IMG/VR virus record: IMGVR_UViG_3300040786_000061
DNA length: 64,000 bases
Reading direction: 5' to 3' (one strand)
Source: a virus
The notes under the pieces were generated by a model, which had not been told where the DNA came from, searched no databases, and was given only the letters and a program-made list of their open reading frames with translations. A program made the translations under genes and the position numbers. Positions 1-11,473 of this stretch are shown piece after piece; the first letter of the stretch is position 1, and the number at the start of each line of letters is the position of its first letter.

Positions 1-2692
1 TTGTAGATGAAAGATTACCTTCGGTAACGAGCGGACTAGTCGCACACTATCCTTTAGATGGAAGAAGTGGTACTGTTGATATTATATCAGGGGATACTGC
101 TCTATATAGTCCAGATACCAATAATAATATTGAAGCATTAAATAATCTTGGAAGAATCCTGCTAATTGGAGTGGACCTGGTGCGGTTTGGGATGAAGTAG
201 AAGAAGCAATTAGATTTGACACACCTAACACAGAAACAACATTAGTAGGTTTCATACCAATACAAACTAATAAACATTATTATTTAAGATTTGATATGAA
301 ACAAGGTGCTAGTGCTAATGGAATTATATATGCCGGTACAAAGTCATATGATACTAACAAAACATTTTGGCAGGACATCCAGGATATTATGATTATTTCG
401 TTAGAGTTGGTCAGACATTAACTACTAGTTGGGTAACTTATAATAATAATGAAATAGGTGAATTTGGTGCAGGTAAAACAGGCGAAGATGCAAATACAGG
501 AAACTATGGTGCATTTCATCCAGGTACAAAATATGTTAATATAATGTTCTTACCAACTATTCAGAACTGTTGGTCCTACATACCTAAGAGAATTTATACA
601 AATGATACAGATACATCTAATCTAGTAGAATCATATGATGGTATATCAGTACAAGAAGCAACTACTAATTTAGTGCTATCACCGGCAGTTACGTTATACT
701 CACCATTTAGTGGATTTGTAGGAACAAGCACAGCCTTTGTTTCTCCATCTGGTTCAATAGGCACCGTTCTTATTGGTAAAGTAGGAGGTGGTTGTCAATG
801 GCAGGGTGGTGTGAATAATATTGTAATATTACCAGTACAGTATATACAGTATCTTCTAGAATAAAGGCTACTAACTATGGTTTGGTATCTGGTAATTTTT
901 CTATATTGACAATATAACGGTGGGTCTAAACAAGTGAAGGTGGTAAATTTAATAGCGCAAATATGCGAGATCTTAATAATGGTTACTATTTAGCATATGC
1001 AACTTTTACTACGGATGCAACTGCTAATACCTTGACAATACAAAGTTATGGTATGCTTCGAACATTTCTATAAGTGCATATGATTTACAGTTAGAAAAAG
1101 AGCATTTGCAACTCCATTTATAACAGGTTCTGTTGGTGCAGGTAATCTAAAGATACCAATTCCCGCAGAGATAAAAACATTTCCATTTTCAGCAACTGTA
1201 AAATTGAAAACCTATTAACTGGCGGTCAAGTCGGAAGGAAGTGAGCCAAGTGTAGGATATCCTTTCTCTTGGTGGCAGGCGCAGGATATGCAGGAATTCT
1301 ACATCAAGTGGGAAGAAGCAACTCATTTTTCAACTTAGAGATTTTCAGTAACAATAATATTTCGTGCTACTACATTCGATATTTATTATAACAACACATT
1401 AATAACTAATAATGGATCATATTACAATGGATTACTCCTGCACTTACTTTACCTTTTGGTTTAGGTACTAGAAATGGTGAGGAATATACAGGTAGGTTTA
1501 ATGGATTATATTCAAATTTTCGGTTTATAACAAACAGTTAACAACTACTGAAATTAATACATTAGTTAATAGCACATCGTCATCTAGTCAAAGTTTATTT
1601 GTTGTTAATAAAGTAGAAGAGTATCCTAATTTCCCAGATAACTCATATTACTTTCCATTAACAGAGAATTCATCTGATATAACTGGTACTATTTTATCAC
1701 TATCACCCAACGGCTTGGCTTATGAAGATAGTGCTATTTGGGTTGGTACTGCTACTACAAACTTTACTAATCTAACACTTTTGGTGGTAACTCAACATCT
1801 TTGGGTAATAGTATTTATAGATTTACTAATCAACAATACCGAAATGCTGGTGTATCAGGATTAGTTGCATCATCTAATTGTACGACATCTTGGAGATTAA
1901 AGGTATCGTTACAGGTCAAACAATAAGGATATCCACAGAAGGCGCATCATCAGGTAATGGATATGATCTTACTACATTAAGTAGGTATTCTAAAACATAC
2001 AAGAAAACAATAGTTTGTAGTGCTGCTGGTTACTTTAGTCCACTACTTTATCAATTTACAGGAGATAATAATAACTTATCAGACTTATATATTGAGTCAG
2101 TTCAAGTTGAAAATAAAATATTTGGATCGCCATATATTGGGTTCTAGACCAGCTAGTTATTTGGTTTATAATTTTAATCATCAATTGGTCTTGATTGGGC
2201 CGCGATTGGTCAATATGTTATTGGAAGAAACCGGTTGGTACACACACGATGGTTTTGATGGTTAGCATAGAATCACTAGGTGCAAACTCGAATACTGTTG
2301 GTGGTGGTTATATATGGTGGGGTAAAAGTGGAGCGAATACAATACAAGACTACACCATCTACCTTTGTAGTATCTGACTACTTCGATAAGTGGCATATGG
2401 TTTCACTAGTTAGATCAGGCACAACTGTTACAATAACTACTTGGTCTGTCGGAAATCAAACTCACGTAAATGTATCATATACAACCACTAATACGAATTA
2501 TATGGTTAATCAATATGGATATGATTTTAAGTTAGGTGGTTGGGATAATAGCCAACCTACTAATGCATTTTTTAGAATTTAGTTGTTACTAAGTATGCAC
2601 TTTCTGCTACTCAATTAGGACTAATTTATAATCAATCAAGTTTATCACCAGCCGGTGTAAAGCTTAAAATTTTAATAGAAAAGGGTGTGTGA
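1..2692 (+). CDS. LamG/concanavalin-like domain virion (tail) protein, 5'-truncated at window edge, frameshifted
   Basis: Starts LPSVTSGLVAHYPLDG, a typical LamG N-terminus; later WHMVSLVRSGTTVT and FKLGGWD..NAFF. Joins ORF fragments 367-864, 1878-2147 and 2280-2582. May be more than one gene. Confidence 0.55.
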
Positions 2693-2738
2693 TAGTAAAT
2701 TATATACATGAGATGAAAAATAATAAAGTTAACATACT

Positions 2739-4154
2739 ATGGCAAATCTAAAAGGTGGTACTACCATTGGTGGACAATTAGCATTAAATACTAGTAATGG
2801 ATTAGCATTAACCGGTGGTACGATGAAAGGTAATACATTTATACCTGGTGTTTATTTCACAAGATATGGTCCTAATATTGATTGGGTGCGACCCTACAAA
2901 TTGGTGGAAACGGTACACTTGGTATATCAGAACAAATCTTATTGCATCTGTGGTTACCACTGATGGTAATCTACATATTGATGCTGGTAGTACTAAGGCA
3001 ACCTACTTAAATTTTTACTCAGGCACTGGTGGTACTTTGTTTGGAAATGGTGCTGGTGTTTTAAGTGGTGCTAGTGTTAATAATGCTGGTGATATGGTTC
3101 TTAAAATAAAATTACTTTGGGTACTACTGGTGGTATACTCGCTGGTGGTGGTGGTTATTTTACAGATTATGTGACGAACGGAAGAACTTCTTTAGGTGCT
3201 CTTACAGCAGGCAATGGTTATGGAATTTTTTTTTATCAAGGTTCAGCCGGAAGAGATAGTGTTGATTCTGTAGATATTGTATTTAATACAACAACTTCTG
3301 CAACTTCTGTAATGTCTGTTAAGACTAATGGTGAAGTTAAAATATCAGGTACTGTATTCGCATCTTTTAGTGGATCAGGAGCATCATTAACATCTTTAAA
3401 TGCATCAAATTTAGCATCTGGAACTTTGCCTGATGCAAGGTTAACTGGTGCTTATACAGGGATAACAAGTTTTAGTGCGGCAAATATACTACTATCCGGT
3501 AACTTGGGAATAGGTGGTGCCGTTCCTGGTGGAAACCTAGCAGGCACAACTTCATTAGCTATAGGAGATAGTGATACTGGATTTAGGCAAAATGGAGATG
3601 GTAATTTACAAACTTGGGCAAATAATGTTTTAGTGAGTACTAGCACTTCTGGAAGTACTGCATTTAATGTTAACCTTTCGACAACTGGAAATATCTTAAT
3701 AGATAGAGCTGGTGGTGGAGGTTTAACAATACAATGTAGTGGCGCTGGAAGCGCACAAATAACATTAACATCAAATAGTACAGGAGGTGGGGATGCAATC
3801 ATAAACTCAACACTAGCTTCAGGAGCGTTAGTATTTAATGTTGGTGGTGGAGAAAAATTAAGAATAGCAGGTGTAGGTGGTGCAGCGACATTTACTTCAA
3901 GCGTTACTGCAACAGGATTTTTCAATCATCAGATTTACGTCTAAAAGATATAATATCAAGAGAAGGCGATACGGTTCGTTTTACTTGGAAAGATAAAAGA
4001 GATGAATTAGTACATATTGGTTATGTAGCACAAGAGGTTCAAGAAAATTACCCTGACCAAGTTAAAGAATATAAGGAAATGTTATCTATAAATTATATTG
4101 AGGTATTAGTTGCAAAATTCAAGAATTAGAAAACAGACTTAAAAATTAGAATAA
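2739..4154 (+). CDS. Tail fibre/spike with C-terminal peptidase S74 intramolecular chaperone
   Basis: Gly/Ser/Thr-rich body (IGDSDTGFRQNGDGNL motif). C-terminus in the shifted frame reads SDLRLKDI...HIGYVAQEVQENYPDQV...INYIEVLVAK..ELENRLKKLE*. Confidence 0.8.
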
Positions 4155-4181
4155 TATTTAATATAAAAAAAATAAAATAAT

Positions 4182-4514
4182 ATGAAACTGCCAATATTAA
4201 TAATCAATGATAAATTTTAAAGTCTATAAGTATATTTATGAAAACAGGCGGAATAGCACTATTTCCATTTATTATACTTAATACTCGATTATCAAAAGTA
4301 CCTGCTAAGATAAACCATGAAACAATACATATAAAGCAACAACAGGAATTGCTTGTGCTATTTTTTTTATTTGTGGTATAACAGAGTATATTTTCAGGAC
4401 TTTTCAATATGGTATTAGAAAATTAAATGAATATTTCATTCGAGAAGCATATCTAAATGAAGGAAATGCTAATTACTTAGTAGATAGAAAGTTCTACTCA
4501 TTTTAAAATATATA
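4182..4514 (+). CDS. Small HExxH protein of a Bacteroidota-type conserved family
   Basis: GIALFPFII...NHETIHIKQQQELLVLFFY...ISFEREAY, reconstructed across indels. Confidence 0.45.
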
Positions 4515-4532
4515 AAAAAATAATAATAAATT

Positions 4533-5051
4533 ATGAAGAATTACTTAAAAATAATTATTGCTGTATTAGTTGTTGCACTACTTTCTTTTATTATATGGAA
4601 AGCCGTTGTGTATAAAGAGCCTGCTTTTAAAACGGTTATTTTAAATCCATCAAATTTAACTAGAAATTACACAGATATGAAATATTTAGATACTATTGTT
4701 CGTGTAGGTCTGAATGAACTTAATATGAAAGATATTATATAAGACCTATGGGGTCATAAAAAATTTAGAGAATTTTAAAGATCTTGATATAGAAGCATAT
4801 ATAGTAGGTTCTGGTAAAATATATACAATATACATTAAGAATAGTAATAGGTCAGAGTCTATTACTATTATATCACATGAACTAATACACCTTTGCAGTC
4901 TAATACTAATCAGTTGGTAATTGATAAAGGTTTATTTTTGATGGAAGAAGTTGATATAAAGAAAGTACCATATGCCGAACGTCCTTGGAAATAGAAGCAT
5001 TTAGTAAAGAAGGTGATTTGAAAAATAAAATAGAATCTAAACTTTACTAAT
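4533..5051 (+). CDS. Membrane-anchored zincin-like (HELIH) protein
   Basis: N-terminal hydrophobic helix (IIIAVLVVALLSFIIW); downstream ISHELIHL and PYAERPWE. Confidence 0.45.
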
Positions 5052-5071
5052 ATTAATTTTATATATATATT

Positions 5072-5907
5072 ATGATAAAGAAATATTTAGAGTTTATTAA
5101 AGAAGCAAAATTTAACACTATTGGGAATGGGTTGAATCATTGTACAATGATGATTATATTAAAAATATAGTTAACAGATACATTGAGGATATACATCCTG
5201 ATATTAGAGTATCTAGTTGTGTAAATATTTTAGATGAAGAAGTACAAAATGATATTAAGTTTCAAATAGATAATTATCTCAAAAGTGGTATTATAGAAAA
5301 GAACCAGTTGTTTCTACATCAACTGAAACAGAAGATTTACTAGAGTCGGTAGACTCAGTAACAACAGCAGGTAAAGGAATATTCACATCCTTTTGAAATC
5401 ATTAACTGCACTTGGTAAAAAAGAAACGAAACCTGATTTTGAGAAGTGTCCAAACGACTTTCTTTATATTATCATTATCCTAACATAAACTCTGATGATG
5501 TTAAAACCGTATTTTCTAGATTTAAATCACTAACAACATATGTTGGTCTAATAGACTATGCTAAAACGAAGTTGATTTATACTTTGGTATAAAATGTGAT
5601 GGTACTTTTGAATATGGAGTTTCTTATGATAAACATTTACAGATTGGACAATTCAAATTAACATCGTCTGTAATAAAGTGGATAGTTCTATTAGAGTCTA
5701 AGTCTGCAACTCTCTTAAAAGGAAATGGTGAATTTAGGGTATAATGATATTTTATTATTAGGTAAGATTAAATCCGATATGATACAACTATTTCCTGGAT
5801 ATCATGAAAAAAGATCAAATGCTACAATTAATGATAGAGTGATAACCTTTGGGTATTTTGGATTAGGTAAGTGGGATAATGGTAAAATAGATGAAGATGA
5901 ATTTTAA
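5072..5907 (+). CDS. Hypothetical protein with CTS-like N-terminus (MIKKYLEFIKEA)
   Basis: ATG at 5072; continuation via fragments 5140-5343 and 5725-5907. Confidence 0.5.
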
Positions 5908-6024
5908 ATATAAAATCTAAATTTAGCACTTGGGTTTCTAAAGAAAATGGGGTAGTAAGGTACTAATAAGCGTTGAACCTAAATCATTTTGGGTATACGT
6001 TAATTTAAAATTAAAATAAAAAAC

Positions 6025-6346
6025 ATGAAATACGTTAATAAATTGACAAATACATCAAAGAGTCTACATCAAATATTGACTTCGCATTATCAAAGATAAA
6101 AGAACAATTTAGTGAAGAAGATGTCGCAGGTAAGTTTGATAATGAAATACTGGAATGGGTAGAAGATGGTTGGGAAGATGATTATGAGTCTGAATATGAC
6201 TGGTATATAGACCACAGTAATGAGGAGGCTCAGGATGTCGTTATTAGCGAACTTATTTCATGGTATGAAAGAGCATATAAAAGCAAGTATCAACAGATGA
6301 ACATTACGAATTATATTACATGCTAAAAGATTATTACAATCTATAA
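6025..6346 (+). CDS. Acidic hypothetical protein with CTS-like N-terminus (MKYVNK[F]DKYIKES)
   Basis: ATG at 6025; one-base loss in a T run is assumed; Asp/Glu/Trp-rich body (FDNEILEWVEDGWEDDYESEYDWY). Confidence 0.45.
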
Positions 6347-6376
6347 AACATTTATATTATTTTTTATATAAATGTA

Positions 6377-6577
6377 ATGAAACTACCAAAATCAAAACCA
6401 ATATACAATCATACTGTTTCTGCCTTAGGTAATATATTTGCGAGCAAAGAAGAATTAGACTCTTGTAAATCAAGGTTTGAATCTGATAAGAGGGACTCTA
6501 AAATAGATTATATTCTAAATGGTGTTGAGTATGATATTAAATCTACACTTGAAAAGATCCTGAATACATTAAATTAA
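6377..6577 (+). CDS. Small hypothetical protein with RDSKIDYIL motif
   Basis: Intact ORF in track. Confidence 0.5.
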   Translation: MKLPKSKPIYNHTVSALGNIFASKEELDSCKSRFESDKRDSKIDYILNGVEYDIKSTLEKILNTLN

Positions 6578-6888
6578 AAAATAAAGGAGTATATCCTTTA
6601 AGTAAACCTAGTGGTTTATTACTTTACATGGAAATGTATAATAATGATATTAAGGATACTGATAGTGGATATAAAATTAATAAAGATGACGATAATGGAT
6701 ATCGATATATCTAATAGTGGTTTGACCTCTAGTGTAGACTTCTTAGAGAAGTACTCCGCACTTCATTTAAGTAATGAACTCTATGAATCTAATTTCGATT
6801 CTGATAAAAAAAATAGTTTTGATATGTTTCCGATTGTTATGAATATTTCGGCAAGAACAATTGCTATGGATTTGATACCGGTTACTCT

Positions 6889-7092
6889 ATGAGTGAACCT
6901 GGTTATAATTCTGATGAAGAATTAGAAAAAATAAAAGGTGAGGTTAAGTCAATAAATCATAATAAGATAGACTCTATTTTACATGATGGGGAATATAAAG
7001 AGATGGATATAAAAGAACATTCTGATTATAAAGGTGAAGGACTTTTATACATAGACTATGTATACCCTGGAAATGTTTCTAAAAAATGCTAA
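6889..7092 (+). CDS. Small hypothetical protein with NHNKIDSIL motif variant
   Basis: Intact ORF in track. Confidence 0.45.
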   Translation: MSEPGYNSDEELEKIKGEVKSINHNKIDSILHDGEYKEMDIKEHSDYKGEGLLYIDYVYPGNVSKKC

Positions 7093-7193
7093 AAGGTAAA
7101 ATAATATGCTTGTACTTGGGATTTTTATAGGATGGTTAATATGGGCTAGAAAATAATTAAAAAAGAGGGTCATGTTAGTATTATATATACTTG

Positions 7194-7518
7194 ATGATTG
7201 TATATTTAATAAGTGCTGAAATAAGTGGGTCTAAGTTGCATAAAATAGGTTATACGAGGCGAAGTATTGATAAACGTATAAAAGAGTTCAAGACTGGTAA
7301 TGCATCAGAATTCTTCGTTATAGAATCTTTAAGTCTAAATGGTGTACTAAAATAGAATCAAGACTTCACAAGTTGTTTAAAATAAACTGGTTAGCGGAGA
7401 ATGGTTTAATTTAAATGAAGATGATATATTCTCATTCATCGAAACGTGTCAAACAATGCACGATAATTATGAACTTGTTTCTAAGTCTACCTACTACTTA
7501 GAAAGAGGTAAATTTTAA
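7194..7518 (+). CDS. GIY-YIG superfamily T5orf172/Mug113-like nuclease
   Basis: MIVYLISAEISGSKLHKIGYTRRSIDKRIKEFKTGN...IESRLH...GEWFNL. Confidence 0.75.
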
Positions 7519-8320
7519 AAAATAAAAATAAAAATGGAATCACTTAAAGAACATTCAATTAGACAATATATTTCAAAAAATCAATTTTAATAATGATGAC
7601 TGGAAGATATCAAGTATTGAAGAAGATATGCGTAAATTCTTAGGAGAAGTTCCTGCTATAGATATTATATACAAAAGATGTAATGATAAATGAAGTAACA
7701 GGAAAAGCGAAAGAGATTGTAGATATTGAAAAAGTACAAATCATATTCTTGGACCTTGATGATAAATTTAAAAAATAGAATTTATTATAAATAATAAGAT
7801 TTAAAAAAAAATAGAAAATATGGAAAATAAAGAATTTTACTTAGACCTTGACAAAAGTTGCCAAATTGTTTACAAATGAAGAAAGGAAAATTATACATGG
7901 ATATTATACTGATATGTTAAATGCATTTTCAGATTCAAGAATGGTATATGCAAGATCTATTATGAATACGCTTATAAATGGTGGTTATTTATTAGAAAAT
8001 GACAAAAAAAGAAGGTAAAATATTGTCATAATATGAAATTTGATGTAATTGAATACTTAGGTAAATTTGAAGATGGTGTAATGGTTTTAATATCATTAAA
8101 TTATCTCGATGTGTATTATGATGCAACTTTTTTTTTATAAAGATGATTTTGTAACACTGACGGTTGATGAGATACTTGAAGATATACTTGATTGTGCAAT
8201 TGAAAGTTGGTCAGGATATGGTGAGTTGATAATCGATATATTAAACAAGGTTATACGAAGAGATTATAACACGACTTGATGAATTAGATCTTAGTGAATA
8301 CTTTAAGACAGAAGAAGATT

Positions 8321-8348
8321 AAAAGCACCTATTTATTAGGTGCTTTTT
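8321..8348 (+). terminator. Intrinsic terminator hairpin
   Basis: aaaagcacct-atttatt-aggtgctttt directly after a stop codon. Confidence 0.8.
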
Positions 8349-8415
8349 GCTACTATACTTTTGAATAACAACTTATTTTTAATTATACATATAAAATTAA
8401 AATAATAATATTTAA

Positions 8416-10087
8416 ATGTTAATAAGCGAAATAGGTATTAGAGGTATAAATCTTACGGAAATAATGAACAAGTATTAAAATTAAAGACAGATAAGGGAAT
8501 TATATACTAGTTGGAGATAATGGTGCAGGTAAGTCATCATTATTAGATTCATTCGATTACACACTTTATGGTAAGACCAGAGGTCGAAAAAAAAATGGAG
8601 TACTTTATCTTCATTACCAAATAGAATCAATGGAGAACTCTTAAATAGAGTTAAATTCAATTCGAACAGGTTGATGTTGAGATAAGAAGAGGTATATCAC
8701 CAAGTGTATTAGAACTAATAGAAAATGGTATAACCAATGAAAGAGCAGGTAAGGCCAATATTGATGATAAGATAGAAAAGTATATTGGACTTGATATAGA
8801 AACATTTAAATCATTCATATCAATGAGTATTAACGATTTTAAGAATTTTATTTCTCTAACAAATGAAGAAAAACAACTATTACTAGATAAACTATTTAAC
8901 TTAGAAGTGATTAATATACTAAAATGGCATACTAAAAGATATTAATAAGAATAATAAGACTAGAATGTTATCGCTATCTTCTGAGATAAAAGCCTTGATG
9001 AGTCTATTGATTCTATTAAAAGTTCTATTGATAAAGTAATTGAGAGAAAAAGAAAATACTCAACAAGAGATTGATGTTCTTATTGAGGAGATGAACTCTA
9101 AAAAGAAGAATATAAAAATTAAAGAAAGTTGATAAGATAAGAGAAAAAGAGGACCAACTTTCAAAAGAAATGGATATCGAGAAAGGCAATATCAAAATAC
9201 ACAAAACGATATCAGAAATACTCAAAAGAGATAAGTCTGTATGATGAGGGAAAATGTCCAACTTGTAGCACTGATTTTAAATCGGAGCATTTTGTAAATT
9301 TAAGAAATGTTTTAGAGGAAAAGAAGAATACTCATTGGAATATTGGAAGAGATTCAAGTTAACATCACATCAATAAAAGAAAAAACAAGTTAAACTAAAA
9401 GGTATCGCTGATAAGACCACTACATTATTTAATGATCTTAATTATCTTTTGAAAAATTATAAATCTCAAATTGATAAATTAAACTTAAAGAAATCTAAGA
9501 ATGTTAAATCAGTGAATATACAAGAGTTCCAAAATACTATTTTAGAGTTAGATGGTAAAAAAAATATTGGACATGAAAGTGTTTCTTTATGTAAAGAGAA
9601 AGAGTTATATTACAAAGAACTTAATAGAGTTCTAAGTGAGGATGGTGCTAAGAGATCATTATAGCAGGTATAATTAAACCTATAAATCATTTTATAGGTG
9701 AAAATATAAGTAAAATGGGATTACCATTTACCGTAAGGTTAGATGAGACATTCACTGCCGAGATAAGACAATTAGGTTCTGTAATTGATGCAGATACGCT
9801 ATCAACTGGTGAGAATCGTAGAATAAACATTTCTATACTTATTGCATATTTGAAATTAATTAGAACCAAAAAAACATATAAATATTTTATTTTTAGATGA
9901 AGTATTTTCTAGTGTTGATTTAAATGGTATTCAAGATATACTAGTTCTATTAAAATCATTTGCAACTGAGTATAATATTAATATATTTGTTGTTCACCAT
10001 GCAATAATGAATGAAGAGATATTCGATAGAATAATTCGTGTAAACAAAGAGATATTTTCTACTATAGAAGAAGTGCATAATGTATAA
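8416..10087 (+). CDS. Recombination/repair SMC-like ATPase (T4 gp46/SbcC family), frameshifted
   Basis: Walker A GDNGAGKSS, long coiled coil with a central CPTC zinc hook, signature LSTGENRRINIS, Walker B/D-loop ILDEVFSSVD. Confidence 0.9.
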
Positions 10088-10290
10088 CCCAAAACAAAAA
10101 AATATGAATAAAAAAGAGTTGAATAAAGAGAATATTATAAACATATATAACCAAGGATTATCTAAACTAATATATTTGGTAGAGAATCAAGATATACTAG
10201 TATTTGAAGATAAGTTTTCGGAAGATGTCTCTGATATAATATTAAACTATGATTATATGATAATCGATAAAAAAATATCACAATTGATAT

Positions 10291-10988
10291 ATGAACTTAA
10301 CTGAAAACTATTATAAAACTCTAGAATTAGCAAAGACTCTGATGAGAAGACCATTAAAAAGCATATTATAAACTTTCATTCTCTTTACATCCTGATAAGA
10401 ATCCTGATGTAGATCCAACTATATTTCACTCAGTTGTCAATGCATATAATATACTCTCTGATTTGGATCAGAGAAAAGATTATGATATGAAGAGCAAATT
10501 TGGTAATAATTATAACGAGTACTATGAATTATTTGATGTTAATTTTAATTACTCGTATGAAGATAGCTCTGATAAGTTATCTAAATTCAAAACAGATGAG
10601 TTATTAAACATTCATATTAACATAGATGATACTTTTAATGGAACTGTTGAGTTTGAAAGATGGGTAAATTGTAAAACATGTGATGGTACCGGTAAAGACT
10701 TATCATCTAAAATAGTCATAAGAGATGTTAACGGAAATATTACTAGAACCTTTGATGCTGATGATGGATGTGATTTTGTGATGGTACTCAAGGATTATGC
10801 TAATAGAGAATGTTCTTTTGCTTTGGTAAAGGTAAGATAGGAATGTCACCATGTAAAACTTGTAAAGGAGATAGACGTATATTAGGTAAGTTATCCAAGA
10901 TAAAGTTAACTGGCGATGAAACTAAAATAGATTCAATGGGTAACTGTTCTAAAACAGAAGCTGGTAAAGTAGGTTATCTATTGTTATA
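10291..10988 (+). CDS. dnaJ: DnaJ-like co-chaperone (J-domain plus CxxCxGxG zinc finger)
   Basis: MNLTENYYKTL...LHPDKNPD; CKTCDGTG, CSFCFGKG (across a frameshift), CKTCKGDR. Confidence 0.85.
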
Positions 10989-10992
10989 ATAT

Positions 10993-11018
10993 AAAAGTCC
11001 TATTAAAATAGGACTTTT
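10993..11018. terminator. Bidirectional intrinsic terminator
   Basis: aaaagtccta-ttaaaa-taggactttt between convergent genes. Confidence 0.85.
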
Positions 11019-11023
11019 ATTTG

Positions 11024-11473
11024 TTATTTATGTGTTAATATTCCATTTGCAATATATAGATCATTATCTTCTACTCCTAAGTCATAAATAGTTAATTCAC
11101 CACTTAATATTTCTATTTTATATATTTCTATTTCATTTCCAAACTCATCTGTCAAGAAGTCTCCTATCTTAATTCAAAAGTTCTTAAAAGTCTCCACTCA
11201 CCATTTTGCTTAACCAAATGTATATGTGAATCACTTACATTCAATAATCCATCATTTATGTTATTCACTGATGAAACATTGATTGGTATAATTTTAACAA
11301 CTTCTACTTCACAATCTATAAGTGTTAGTAATTCACTTCCATGTTTCGTTATTATCTTCATTTTCATTAAGACCACCAACTGATTTACTAAATAGTTTAT
11401 CTCCTAATACAATATCCTCTACTTTTTTGATACTACCATCAAACATTGTTATTTCGGTGCCTTTTAAAACACA
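11024..11473 (-). other. Hint (Hedgehog/intein) domain at the C-terminus of the giant virion protein
   Basis: Block A CVLKGTEITMFDGSIKKVEDIVLGD, block B NVSDSHIHLV, block F IYDLGVEDNDLYIANGI, block G LTHK*. Confidence 0.85.

Noticed and set aside
3452-3925. 157-aa Pro-rich minus-strand ORF
   Set aside because: Antisense shadow of the Gly-rich tail fibre (GGN codons read as Pro); no independent support.
11024-11473. Mobile intein
   Set aside because: No homing endonuclease, no C-extein (stop follows block G) and not inserted in a conserved enzyme; reported as a terminal Hint domain instead.
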